A DNA stretch of 64,000 nucleotides from Alphaproteobacteria bacterium (lineage in GTDB: Bacteria; Pseudomonadota; Alphaproteobacteria; SP197). Below the pieces are notes generated by a model. The model searched no databases. It saw nothing but the letters and a program-made list of their open reading frames with translations, and had not been told where the DNA came from. A program made the translations under genes and the position numbers. Below, one piece after another: positions 19,640 through 29,598 of this stretch. Location: the NCBI GenBank assembly GCA_964291415.2, contig OZ219917.1, forward strand, positions 1,152,001-1,216,000, in the 5' to 3' direction. Position 1 is the first letter of the stretch. The number at the start of each line of letters is the position of its first letter.

Positions 19640-21087
19640 GGTTGTGTCCCACCGCGTGGTGTAGGAGTTCTGGCTCCGCTGGAAGTTGTGGGTAACTGGC
19701 CCGCCGCAGCGACCACCACGAGTCAGGCGGCGGGGGGCCAGTTATCCACAACGGCGGCCATCGCGGTTCCGGTTAAGGTTGGGTTTGCACAATCCACCTG
19801 ACCGGAGGAGTACCACGATGACCACCAACGACATGATGACCCTGCAGGCCCTGTTGGAGAAGAGCTCTGACAGCGATCTTCTGCGCGAGATGATCGAGTT
19901 CGCGGCCGGGCGCCTGATGGCCCTGGAAGTGGAGGGTCTGACGGGCGCCGCGCATGGCGAGCGCACACCGGAGCGGATCAACCAGAGAAACGGCTACCGC
20001 GACCGGTTGTGGGAGACCCGCGCGGGCACAGTGGAGCTGAAGATCCCGAAGTTGAGAAAGGGGAGCTACTTCCCCGGCTTCCTGGAGCCGCGGCGGACGG
20101 CGGAGAAGGCTCTGACGGCGGTGATCCAGGAGGCCTACATCCAGGGCGTGTCGACGCGATCGGTTGATGACCTGGTGCAGGCCATGGGCATGAGCGGCAT
20201 CTCCAAGAGCCAGGTCTCCCGGCTGTGCGGCGAGATCGACGACAAGATCGGCGGCTTCCTTGAGCGGCCCCTGGAGGGCGACTGGCCCTACCTGTGGCTG
20301 GATGCCACCTATGTGAAGGTCCGCGAGGCCGGGCGCATCGTCTCGGTCGCGGTGACCATCGCCGTGGCGGTCAACGACCAGGGCCGCCGCGAGGTCCTGG
20401 GCATGGCGGTCGGCGCCTCGGAGGCCGAGACCTTCTGGACCGACTTCCTGCGTTCCTTGGCGCGCCGCGGGCTCCGGGGTGTCAAGCTGGTGATCTCCGA
20501 CGACCACAAGGGTCTCAAGGCCGCGGTCACCCGCATCCTCGGCGCCACCTGGCAACGATGCCGCGTGCACTTCACCCGCAACCTCTTGGCCCATGCCGGC
20601 AAGCAGGGCCGGGGCGTCGTCTCGGCCTTCATCGCCACCGCCTTCGCCCAGAACAACGCCGCGGACGCCAAGTCCCAGTGGCGCCTCATCGCCGACCAGC
20701 TCCGGCCCAAGGTGCCGAAGCTCGCCGCGCTCATGGACGAGGCCGAAGAGGATGTGCTGGCCTACATGACCTTCCCCAGGGAGCACCGTCAGAAGTTGCA
20801 CTCCACGAATCCCCTCGAACGTCTCAACGCCGAGATCAAGCGCCGCACCAACGTCGTCGGCATCTTCCCCAACGAGAACGCCATCACCCGCCTGGTCGGC
20901 GCGATCCTTCTCGAGCAGAACGACGAATGGAGTGTCGGACGCCGATACATGACGCTGGAATCGATCGCTCCCGTGAGCGACAATATCAATCTCATGCTGC
21001 CCGCCGTGGCAGCCTGAGCATCCCGGCCCAACACGCCGGATACCGAGCTGGACGCCAGGCTCTTACACCACCCGGCGGGACACGATC
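19640..21087 (+). mobile_element. IS256-family insertion sequence
   Basis: Imperfect IRs GGTTGTGTCCCACCGCGTGGTGTA / TACACCACCCGGCGGGACACGATC; 8-bp TSD CTAGCCCT at 19632-19639 and 21088-21095. Confidence 0.95.
19818..21017 (+). CDS. IS256 transposase
   Basis: [56 protein letters not shown]. Confidence 0.96.
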   Translation: MTTNDMMTLQALLEKSSDSDLLREMIEFAAGRLMALEVEGLTGAAHGERTPERINQRNGYRDRLWETRAGTVELKIPKLRKGSYFPGFLEPRRTAEKALTAVIQEAYIQGVSTRSVDDLVQAMGMSGISKSQVSRLCGEIDDKIGGFLERPLEGDWPYLWLDATYVKVREAGRIVSVAVTIAVAVNDQGRREVLGMAVGASEAETFWTDFLRSLARRGLRGVKLVISDDHKGLKAAVTRILGATWQRCRVHFTRNLLAHAGKQGRGVVSAFIATAFAQNNAADAKSQWRLIADQLRPKVPKLAALMDEAEEDVLAYMTFPREHRQKLHSTNPLERLNAEIKRRTNVVGIFPNENAITRLVGAILLEQNDEWSVGRRYMTLESIAPVSDNINLMLPAVAA

Positions 21088-21373
21088 CTAGCCCTAGAAA
21101 GATAAAGCAGATACCATTGACCTAACGTATGGGACTACAGCGTTGTCGAAGGCGGGTCGAGAGGGGAATGACAGCAATCACTCGCAGAGACGTGGAATCG
21201 CAAGCAGCCACTGATGTTGGACAGGCTGAACTGGGCGCATCGAGCACGTTGAAGCTTCGTTGTAACGCTGTTACGAACGCTTCGCCGCTCCGCAAAGCAG
21301 GATCGCCAACAAAGTTGTAGCGATCTCGCCCGACGATGCACGCTGCAGCCCAATCGCACGAAAGAAACTCCCA

Positions 21374-22021
21374 ATGTCCGAAATCGCCTCAGCCTTCGAT
21401 CTTTCAAGAAGCATTTTGGATAAGCTACGATCCGGGTTGGCAATTGTCGCCAGACTTGAAGAGCAAGAGCACCATAGGCTCTTGGACTGGGCTCGTGCTC
21501 CCCGAGCAATGGGGTTGTACGGAGATGCACGCAGCCTGGTGTCAGAAACGGGTGTAGCCGAAGAATACGCCGATCAAGTGCGAATGGCTGTTGTAATGAT
21601 GGTAGGCTCAATTGGTGGCTCATCGATCGCATCCCAAGACTTCATAGATGCTGGCCTCAAGAGTAGTGCGTTAACCGAGAAGGAGGTTCGCGGCATCAAG
21701 AAGTTTGCGGACCTGATCATCGAATGCCGTTCGGAGATCAAGAAAGAAAAGGACATAGCGCAACTACAAAATAGCGCACTACCGACGTTGATCGAATTTG
21801 AACTTACATTGGATGCGCGAGTACAAGTTTCCGACGGAACCATACTGTATGCCGTTCCGGTGGTCGTCGCATATGTCGATACCGACTCTGAGAATCAAGT
21901 GTTGTGGTTTCAGATGAACGAAGAGCGAGCTCGCGAAGTTAGAGACAAACTAAGTGCTACTCTTGATCATTTGGATATAGTGAAAAAATGGTTGCATACG
22001 TCCAAGAGTCAAGGCTTCTAG
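21374..22021 (+). CDS. Hypothetical protein, COMMD-like (helical N-domain + COMM-like C-terminus)
   Basis: C-terminal LPTLIEFELTLDARV...PVVVAYV...VLWFQMNEERAREVRDKL matches the COMM-domain pattern by eye; low GC. Confidence 0.5.
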   Translation: MSEIASAFDLSRSILDKLRSGLAIVARLEEQEHHRLLDWARAPRAMGLYGDARSLVSETGVAEEYADQVRMAVVMMVGSIGGSSIASQDFIDAGLKSSALTEKEVRGIKKFADLIIECRSEIKKEKDIAQLQNSALPTLIEFELTLDARVQVSDGTILYAVPVVVAYVDTDSENQVLWFQMNEERAREVRDKLSATLDHLDIVKKWLHTSKSQGF

Positions 22022-22031
22022 TGGAGCCCAA

Positions 22032-22320
22032 CATGTTCGAGATGCCATCATTCGACGTGTGGGCAATTGCGTACACGGCACTGGGCGCTGTCATATTATG
22101 GACCCGATTGGGGCGAAAGAGGATAAGGGTGTTTGCCCTTTCTCGGTTGCTCGAGGGAATTGGCCTTAGGGACAAGGGTCAGATGTTGGCTGAGTTTCTT
22201 GTTTTTGTTGGTTTGGGAATTGTGGTGGGTGTCTCGATTGTACAACCCACTAACCCAGAACAAGCCCTCGCGGCCGGAATGGGTTGGACCGGGCTTGTGG
22301 CTCAACCTACGTCACGATAG
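22032..22320 (+). CDS. Small membrane protein (about 3 hydrophobic segments)
   Basis: Hydrophobic helices; QPTNPEQALAAGMGWTGLV tail. Start uncertain. Confidence 0.6.
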
Positions 22321-22372
22321 GTTGGTTGGAAGGAAGAAGACTACAACACGACTATAAGGATGTGGTGAATTA

Positions 22373-23062
22373 ATGCAAGAGAAGATGTACAATCGGATTG
22401 CGACAGGTTGCTTGATTGTGGGTGTGGGTGTGGTGTTGGTGTCTGAAGCGAATGAAGTGTATTCGTGGATGACGGTGGGATTGGCGATAGCCATTACTAT
22501 TGTAGCCGCTGCGGCATATTTTGCATTTCATATGACGGCGGGGCGCAAAGAAGAAACGCCGAATCGAATTGAAGGCGATGCCGAGCCAGTTGAGGTGGCA
22601 GTCACATCAGCAGATGTGGAAAAATACAGAGAAGTGGAATACACTGCCCCTCCAGCCCGTGTCGATACACAGCCTGAATTCACAATACTAGTGGAGAAGT
22701 TGAGAGAGGTCGAGTATCCATTTGCACCTACAGTGTCGGGAGCGTTGCATTGGGCAAAACTGGGTGAATTGGAAGAAACAAGTCAGCTCCTGGGTGTATG
22801 GACTGGCAATCTTGAAGAAATGCCCAAGCAAATCCAAAAGCACAAGTTAATGGATGAAGCGGCGAGGGCAATAGGGGCACAAGGGATTGTAGTGCTGGGA
22901 GACGGCTCGTACTACAGCATCGCAGGCATTGCGGGAATGCGGACTTCGTGGGAAAAGTGGCATCGCCATAAGCGCGGCGTGGCGAAGAGGGCAGGTTGGT
23001 TAGAAGTATTGACTGGAGAGGGACTGTCCGAAGAAGGACAGCGTATGAAAACGTTGCAGTAG
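22373..23062 (+). CDS. Membrane-anchored hypothetical protein (2 N-terminal TM helices)
   Basis: 229-aa ORF, low GC, co-directional with the two preceding genes. Confidence 0.65.
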   Translation: MQEKMYNRIATGCLIVGVGVVLVSEANEVYSWMTVGLAIAITIVAAAAYFAFHMTAGRKEETPNRIEGDAEPVEVAVTSADVEKYREVEYTAPPARVDTQPEFTILVEKLREVEYPFAPTVSGALHWAKLGELEETSQLLGVWTGNLEEMPKQIQKHKLMDEAARAIGAQGIVVLGDGSYYSIAGIAGMRTSWEKWHRHKRGVAKRAGWLEVLTGEGLSEEGQRMKTLQ

Positions 23063-23702
23063 CATTCGCGGACGACCAGCAACTGCTGGAAGTTGGTATT
23101 GGAAGTGAGGCTGCGGAGCGATTGACTTTCTGCGTACGGTTATGATTGCGCTTGGTCTTGCGTCCAAATGAAGTCGTCTGTGCTGGCGTGGAACGCCACC
23201 TCATGTATGCACAGGTCAGCCGCTAAGTGCAAACGGTCTACGGCGCAAGATAAGACGGACGTGTGGCAACGTTCTTGACGTCGAGTGTCAGCGGAACAGC
23301 CGGTTGCGGCGTTCTAGCGCGACTAGCCTGACGCACCTTTCGAGAGGCGTTTTTTATGACGGACACGACGGGATCCTGGAGGCAGACCTCGAAGCCGCTT
23401 CTGTGGTTGCCAAGAAGAACCTACATTGGTTCACTCAACTCTAACAAGACATGCCAGTGACTTTACTCAGTGGAAGTTCCTGTTCGAGAATCTGGTTGCC
23501 GGTGACACGTTCACACATCCGGATCCTTCCATGATGCGCACCGCCGAGCTTCTTATCAACAAATACTGGGAAACAGTGGCCGGACAAGAGGGCAGAACGC
23601 ATTGCATTGCACGCGGGAGCTATTGGCTCTGCGTGCCAATGTTACCCATGTGTGCAATCGCCACGAGTAACTTATTCCTGGTGTACGGTCGATTCACATA
23701 GT

Positions 23703-23876
23703 CTACTGAGCACATAGCTGGGCAATGGCCGTGCCAGTCCGTTCGGCAGCAGCTGCCACTTCTCTGTCCAGAACATGCGCATAGCGAAGCGTCATGGATA
23801 AACGGCTGTGACCCAGGAGTTTCGCTACGATCGGCAGCGGAACGCCACTCATGACTGCCTGGGAGGCAAATGTGTG
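23703..23876 (-). pseudogene. C-terminal part of tyrosine integrase B of the left IME (split by RIT)
   Basis: Manual translation HTFASQAVMSGVPLPIVAKLLGHSRLSMTLRYAHV...AAAERTG...*; matches the C-terminus of 35253-36404. Confidence 0.9.
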
Positions 23877-24062
23877 CCTCTTACTCCGGAACCGGAATAA
23901 GCGTCATTATTGCCGGATCCGTCTTATTCCGGCTCGTCTGGCATGAACATCTGAGATTGGTGTGACTTCAGTATGTTGTGCAGGGTCATGATGGTTGAAG
24001 TTCCGGAGTAATCCGGTGGTCTTCTCGTGCTGGCAATGTCGTCAGCGCAATGGAGAAGGCCG

Positions 24063-25304
24063 ATGTCGACAGAGTTTTACTTTCCCAGCCGAACCAGCCA
24101 GCGGTGGTTGCGTGTCGGTCCACTGGCCGGCGATCTCGAGCGGTTCGCCACCCGGCTCAAGGCCCAGGGCTACGCTCGGCCGACGGCGGTGAGCAAGCTG
24201 CGGCTGGTGCGCAATCTCAGCCGCTGGCTCGAGCACCGGGGCCTGGGGGTCGAAGCGCTCGATGAGCTGCGCATCGAAGCGTTCCTTGTGACCCGCGGAC
24301 CGCGATGCGTGCAACGCGGCGAGGCTGTGACCACCCGGCAGTTGCTGAGCCATCTGCGCACGGATGGGCGGATTCCTTTCGCTGCGCCATCCCCGCAGGT
24401 CTCGAACCCGTTCGCGTCGGTCGAACGCCGCTACGAGCGCTTCCTCGTCAACGAGCGGGGCGTGAGCCGGGCGACGGTGGAGACCTACCTGCCCATCGTC
24501 CACGCCTTCCTTGCCGAACGCTTTGCCACGCGGGCCGTGGCGCTTGAGACGCTCACCGTACGCGACGTCAACCGGTTCATCGTGCGCCAGTCCCGGCGCT
24601 TGTCCCGATCGCGCGTCAAGCTCGTCGTCACCGCGCTGCGCAGCTTCCTGCGCCACCTCCATCAGCGTGGGGACATTCCCGTCGATCTCGCCGGCGCGCT
24701 CCTTGCCGTGGCGAGCTGGCGGCTCTCAGGCGTGCCGAAGTCGCTCGCGCCCGAGCAGGTGGAGGCGGTCATCCGCAGCTGCGATGCGCGCACCGCCGCC
24801 GGACGGCGCGACCGTGCCATCGTGCTGCTCCTTGCGCGGCTGGGGTTGCGCGCCGGTGAAGTGGCCGCGATGACGCTCGGCGATCTCGATTGGGACACAG
24901 GCGTCGTGAGCGTGACCGGCAAGGGCCCGCGGCGCGAGGCGCTGCCGCTGCCCCGTGAGGTCGGCGAGGCCCTGGTCGCCTGGCTGCGCGACGGGCGCCC
25001 GCAGTGCCCCACCCGGCACGTGTTCGTGCGCCTTCACGCACCGCATGTGGGGTTCGCCGGAGCGGTCGCGGTCATCAATGTCGTGCAGCGGGCGTTGGCC
25101 CGGGCCGGCATCGATCCGCCGTTCAAGGGCGCGCATCTGCTGCGTCATTCCCTGGCTACCACGATGCTGCGCCACGGCGCCTCGCTGGAAGAGATTGGGC
25201 AGGTCCTGCGCCATACCTCACCCGACACCACGTGGATCTACGCCAAGGTGGACCTTGAAGCGCTCCGCACGCTCGCGCCGGCGTGGCCTGGAGGTGCATC
25301 ATGA
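24063..25304 (+). CDS. RitA tyrosine recombinase
   Basis: LGLRAGEV, GKG, HLLRHSLA, VLRH, IYAKVD. Confidence 0.9.
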   Translation: MSTEFYFPSRTSQRWLRVGPLAGDLERFATRLKAQGYARPTAVSKLRLVRNLSRWLEHRGLGVEALDELRIEAFLVTRGPRCVQRGEAVTTRQLLSHLRTDGRIPFAAPSPQVSNPFASVERRYERFLVNERGVSRATVETYLPIVHAFLAERFATRAVALETLTVRDVNRFIVRQSRRLSRSRVKLVVTALRSFLRHLHQRGDIPVDLAGALLAVASWRLSGVPKSLAPEQVEAVIRSCDARTAAGRRDRAIVLLLARLGLRAGEVAAMTLGDLDWDTGVVSVTGKGPRREALPLPREVGEALVAWLRDGRPQCPTRHVFVRLHAPHVGFAGAVAVINVVQRALARAGIDPPFKGAHLLRHSLATTMLRHGASLEEIGQVLRHTSPDTTWIYAKVDLEALRTLAPAWPGGAS

Positions 25305-26233
25305 ATGACCTCGCACTGCTGCTCGAGGAGTACCTCGCAACGCGCCGTGCGCTCGGCAACCGGCTGGTGCTGCCCGGCCGGCTGTTGAAGCGCTTCGTCG
25401 CGTTCACCGTGCAAGACGAGATCCCCTTCATCACCACCGAGTGCGCGCTGCAATGGGCCACCGAGCCGCGCGATGCACGGCCCGCCCAGTGGGCGGGCCG
25501 TCTGAGCATGGTGCGCGGCTTCGCCCGCTACGCCCACGGTGTTGACCCACGTCACGAGGTCCCGCCGCAGGGGCTGTTGTCTGGGCAGTATCGCCGCCGC
25601 ACCCCCTATCTGTACCGCGACGCAGAAGTCGCCGCGCTCATCGCCGCGGCGCGAGCGCTCTCCGGCATCACCGGACTGAGGCCCCTGACCTATGCCACGA
25701 TGCTGGCGCTGTTGTCCGTCACCGGGATGCGGGTGAGCGAGGTGGTGAACCTCGACCGTGACGATGTCGACCTCACCGACGGGGTGCTGAGTGTGCGTGA
25801 CAGCAAGTTCGGCAAGTCGCGCTATCTGCCGATGCATGCCTCGACCGCACGGGCGCTGCGCCGCTATGCACGACATCGCGACCGCCTCTGTCTTCGTCCT
25901 CTCGTCCCGGCCTTCTTCCTTGCCGAACGCGGCACCCGGATCACCGAGTGGGCGTTGCGCTGGACCTTCGCAAAGCTGTCGAAGCAGGTCGGTCTGCGTG
26001 CTCCCTCGTCGTCGCACGGCACCGGTCCGCGCCTGCATGACCTGCGCCACCGGTTCGCCGTGAACACGCTGCTTGGGTGGTATCGCAACGAAGTCGATGT
26101 CGAACGTCACATCCCGCAACTCGCGACCTGGCTCGGCCATGCCCATGTGAGCGATACCTACTGGTATCTCACCGCCACGCCGGAGTTGCTGCATCTGGCC
26201 GCCCGACGTCTCGACCGCAGGGCGCCGTCATGA
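25301..26233 (+). CDS. RitB tyrosine recombinase
   Basis: TGMRVSE, SKFGKSR, HDLRHRFA, LGH, TYWYL; ATGA overlap. Confidence 0.9.
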   Translation: MNDLALLLEEYLATRRALGNRLVLPGRLLKRFVAFTVQDEIPFITTECALQWATEPRDARPAQWAGRLSMVRGFARYAHGVDPRHEVPPQGLLSGQYRRRTPYLYRDAEVAALIAAARALSGITGLRPLTYATMLALLSVTGMRVSEVVNLDRDDVDLTDGVLSVRDSKFGKSRYLPMHASTARALRRYARHRDRLCLRPLVPAFFLAERGTRITEWALRWTFAKLSKQVGLRAPSSSHGTGPRLHDLRHRFAVNTLLGWYRNEVDVERHIPQLATWLGHAHVSDTYWYLTATPELLHLAARRLDRRAPS

Positions 26234-27228
26234 GCGATGCGGCAGACTTCCCGCGGCTGCTCGCGCTGTTCTTCACCGAGCGTCTCATGCGACAGCGCCA
26301 GGCCAGCCCGCACACCATCGCCAGCTACCGTTCGACGTTCCGCCTCCTGGTGCTCTACGCCCAGCGCGTGTTGAACACACCGCCCTCGGCGATGGCGCTC
26401 GCCGACTTCGACACCGAGCTGCTCGGCGACTTCCTCGGCCATCTCGAGACCGAACGCGGCAACGATGCGCGGACCCGCAACACCCGCCTTGCCGCCATCC
26501 GTTCGTTCTTCCGCTTCGTCGCCTTGCAGGAACCCCGCCACGCCGCCCTGGCCCAGAGGGTCCTGGCCATCCCGGACAAGCGCTACACCCGCCGCCCCGT
26601 GACCTGGCTCGAGCGCCCCGAAGTCGAGGCGCTCCTCGCGGCGCCGGACCCGCGATCCCGCAGCGGACGCCGCGACCGCGCCTTGCTGCTCGTGGCAGTC
26701 CAGACCGGACTGCGCGCCTCGGAGCTCACCGGACTGCGATGCGAGGATGTTCAGCTCGGCGCCGGCGCCCACGTGCGGTGTCACGGCAAGGGACGAAAGG
26801 AGCGGTGCACGCCGCTGCGCAAGGATGCGGCGAAGGCACTCCGGGCGTGGCTGGCCGAACGCCGCGGCGAGCCGCGCGACCCCGTGTTCCCCAATCAGCG
26901 CGGCGGCCCGCTGAGCCATGACAGCCTCGCCTACCTCCTGGGCAAGCACGTGACGACCGCGCGGGCTCGATGTCCCTCGCTCGCCAGGAAACGTGTCAGC
27001 GCCCATTCATTGCGCCATTCGTGCGCCATGGAACTCCTTCACAGCGGTGTCGACCGCGCGGTCATTGCATTGTGGCTCGGTCATGAATCCGTCGAGACCA
27101 CGTACGTCTATCTGCACGCCGACCTGAAACTGAAGGAAAAGGCCATGGCGCACACTCAACCTTCACATGTGCCGCACACGCGTTACCGGCCCGACGATGA
27201 CGTGTTGGCATTCCTGAACAGCCTGTGA
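26230..27228 (+). CDS. RitC tyrosine recombinase
   Basis: TGLRASE, GKGRKER, HSLRHSCA, WLGHES, YLHAD; ATGA overlap. Confidence 0.9.
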   Translation: MSDAADFPRLLALFFTERLMRQRQASPHTIASYRSTFRLLVLYAQRVLNTPPSAMALADFDTELLGDFLGHLETERGNDARTRNTRLAAIRSFFRFVALQEPRHAALAQRVLAIPDKRYTRRPVTWLERPEVEALLAAPDPRSRSGRRDRALLLVAVQTGLRASELTGLRCEDVQLGAGAHVRCHGKGRKERCTPLRKDAAKALRAWLAERRGEPRDPVFPNQRGGPLSHDSLAYLLGKHVTTARARCPSLARKRVSAHSLRHSCAMELLHSGVDRAVIALWLGHESVETTYVYLHADLKLKEKAMAHTQPSHVPHTRYRPDDDVLAFLNSL

Positions 27229-27311
27229 TTATCCCGGAATCAAGGTCCCTTCGAGCACGCTCCCCGCCCGTCTCCGCCGTCGATTCCGGAGTAAGACGGA
27301 TCCGGCAATAA

Positions 27312-28291
27312 TGTCGCAGATCGTGGAGACGAACATCCTCGATCCCGGCCTCGTTGCGGGCCCTGTACCAGAGCCCGATCTCGCATGAGCGTGGCCGCGC
27401 AGGATCGCGCGGCGAGGGAAAGACCCAGACGCTGCTCGCCCTTGGCTGACGCTCGACAATCTCCTGGGCGGCGGCCGATAGCCAGACTTCGCGGGGCCCG
27501 GTCTTTGCATCGATCAGCCTGAGTGAGGCGCCGTGGACCTCGCGCCACCGCAGTCTGGTGATCTCGCCGCGTCGGCATCCGGTCAGCAGGAGCAGGCGGA
27601 TCATGTCGGCCTGAGGTTGGTACGTGGGACGCGTCGCGACCATTCTGTCCAGTGTCTGGTAGAGGCAGGCGATTTCCTGCCTCGACAGGAACCGCGTCAG
27701 CGGCGGGCGCCTGTTTCGCTTCACGCTTCGCGTCGGGTCGCTGCTGATGTGGCCGCTCGCAACGGCGAACTTCATGATGCGGCGCAACGTTTGCAGCACC
27801 ATGTTGGCGCCGCCCGGTGCAACCTTGCTGTAGGCATCGAACCACTTCTCAACATGTCGCGGTCCGATGTGATCGAGCCGCAGGGAACCGAATGACGGCA
27901 GCAACTGCCTCTTCAGTTCCCGGGCAAGGTATGCACGCCGTTGAGGTGTGCAGTGGTCGAGGACCGCTTCCTTCCATGGCCCTGTGGCGAAGGCGGAAAA
28001 GAGCGGGACAACCCTGTCGGGCTTGCGATCGCCGGATCGTTCCTGGAGCATGAGGGTCAGGCAGTCTCGACGCGCCTCATCGATGGACTTTAGTGCCGCG
28101 GATCCGATGGTTGTTCGCGCCGGGCGTCCGTTCCTGAATTCCTGCCAGACATAGCTGCGATGGCCCGAGGACCGGACCCGCACACCAAAGCCGGCGAGAG
28201 AGGTGTCCCAGACGGTGTACTCGACCTCACGGGGACGGAGTCTTTCGACAACAGCCTCCGTCAACCTGACCTTTCTCGCCCTGGTTCTCAT
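27312..28291 (-). pseudogene. N-terminal part of tyrosine integrase B of the left IME
   Basis: Arm-binding N-terminus YTVWDTSLAGFGVRV, TGCRRGEI, breaks at DVRLHDLRH. Confidence 0.9.
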
Positions 28292-29409
28292 GCCAGACCC
28301 TCCGACAGAACCGGCGCGAAGAGATTGATGGCCTGTCGAATCGTTTCGTCGGTGAGATGCGTGTAGCGCAGGGTCGAGGACGCCCTGGCGTGGCCAAGGA
28401 GTTTGCCGATCGCAAGAATGGTCTCGCCATTCTGGAGCGCGACGCTGGCATAGGAGTGGCGCAGATCGTGCAGGCGGACGCCGTTCAATCCGGCTTCCGC
28501 ACGGATTTGCCGCCAGAATTCGTCGAGATGATGCCGTTTCGGCTTTGTTGCCGAAAAGACCCATGTGGACTTCCGCGGCAGGTTGTCGAGGACATCGCGC
28601 GCGGCTTGCGCCAGCCAGACCGTGCGCGGGCCGGTCTTGCTGTCCGGCAGGAACAATCGGCCTTCACGGTAATCCCTCCACCTGAGCATGATGATCTCAC
28701 CCTTGCGGCAGCCGGTCAGGAGAAGCATCTGCACGGCGGCGGTATGCAACGGACGTCTTGATTGGTGGCGTGCCAGAACGGCGGCAAGACTGCGGTACTC
28801 CTCCGGCCGGAGAAACCGTTCGCGTAAGGTCTCGCGGTAGCGGCGGATACCGACGCAGGGGTTGCTGTTCTCCGGCCTGTAGTCCCAGATTTCGGCCTTC
28901 TGCATGATGACGGACAGGATCGGTAGGGAGCGGTTGGCCGCCGCTGGCGTTGCATGCAGCGACCGGAACCAGGTTGCGACGTCCTGCTGGGTGATGTCGC
29001 TGATGATGCGGTCGGCGAAGAAGGGCAGGATCTGCCTCTTGAGATAGATCCGGTTGGCCGTGAGGGTGCCGGGCTTCCAGCGCCGCTTGTAGTGGTCAAG
29101 GACTTCCTCGGCGACAGTCTCGAAGAGTGCGTCCTTATCTGTCCAGGGATCCGCAGAGTCGCCGTTCCGGTACGCAGCCAGCATCGCGCGTGCCCGTTCA
29201 CGAGCCTGCGCCATGGTCACGGCTCCGGCATCGTCGAGGGTCTTCCAGATTCTCCGGCCCTCGTGCTGAGACTGAATGAAGTAGCGTCTGGCGCCCGAGG
29301 GCATGATGCGCAGGCCAAATCCCTTCAGTTCGGTGTCCCTCACGTCCAGGATGACTTTCTTTGGCTTGAGCGTATCGACGCGGTGCTGGGTGAGGTGTAG
29401 CGTGGCCAT
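28288..29409 (-). CDS. Tyrosine integrase A of the left IME (Arm DNA-binding domain)
   Basis: RDTELKGFGLRI, TGCRKGEI, HDLRHSYA, LLGH, RYTH; paralog of 34125-35249. Confidence 0.92.
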   Translation of the reverse strand: MATLHLTQHRVDTLKPKKVILDVRDTELKGFGLRIMPSGARRYFIQSQHEGRRIWKTLDDAGAVTMAQARERARAMLAAYRNGDSADPWTDKDALFETVAEEVLDHYKRRWKPGTLTANRIYLKRQILPFFADRIISDITQQDVATWFRSLHATPAAANRSLPILSVIMQKAEIWDYRPENSNPCVGIRRYRETLRERFLRPEEYRSLAAVLARHQSRRPLHTAAVQMLLLTGCRKGEIIMLRWRDYREGRLFLPDSKTGPRTVWLAQAARDVLDNLPRKSTWVFSATKPKRHHLDEFWRQIRAEAGLNGVRLHDLRHSYASVALQNGETILAIGKLLGHARASSTLRYTHLTDETIRQAINLFAPVLSEGLA

Positions 29410-29598
29410 GGTTGTTTCCTCCGGTGTTCTGTGGCACTGGGGGAAGAATGGGGCCGCCTTTTCGCCCAAGTGTTGCACAAAACGAAAGAAAATACGTGTG
29501 TATTTTCCGTGGGTTAGCACTCAAAAGTGCGCCTCTTGTGTAGCACGGAATGGCGGATATCGTGCGCCCTGAAGTTCGACACGATCGCGGTGGCAGGC

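Larger units (their letters stand above)
23877..27313 (+). mobile_element. RIT (Recombinase In Trio) element
   Basis: Three overlapping tyrosine recombinases; 28-bp inverted repeats CATTATTGCCGGATCCGTCTTA(T/C)TCCGG at 23905-23932 and 27286-27313 (1 mismatch). Confidence 0.92.
1..29540 (-). mobile_element. Left IME (tandem integrases ... MOBF relaxase), other end outside the window
   Basis: Mirror architecture of the right IME. Right boundary inferred from a similar CACA..CGCAC-loop-GTGCT motif upstream of integrase A. Confidence 0.6.

Noticed and set aside
23426-23701. Possible HEPN-like fragment (FTQWKFLFE)
   Set aside because: Too short, with no credible start.
12453-27228. CAST-like link between the cas genes and IS256 or RIT
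   Set aside because: IS256 has its own TSD and RIT interrupts an integrase, so both are independent insertions; no TnsABC/TniQ.
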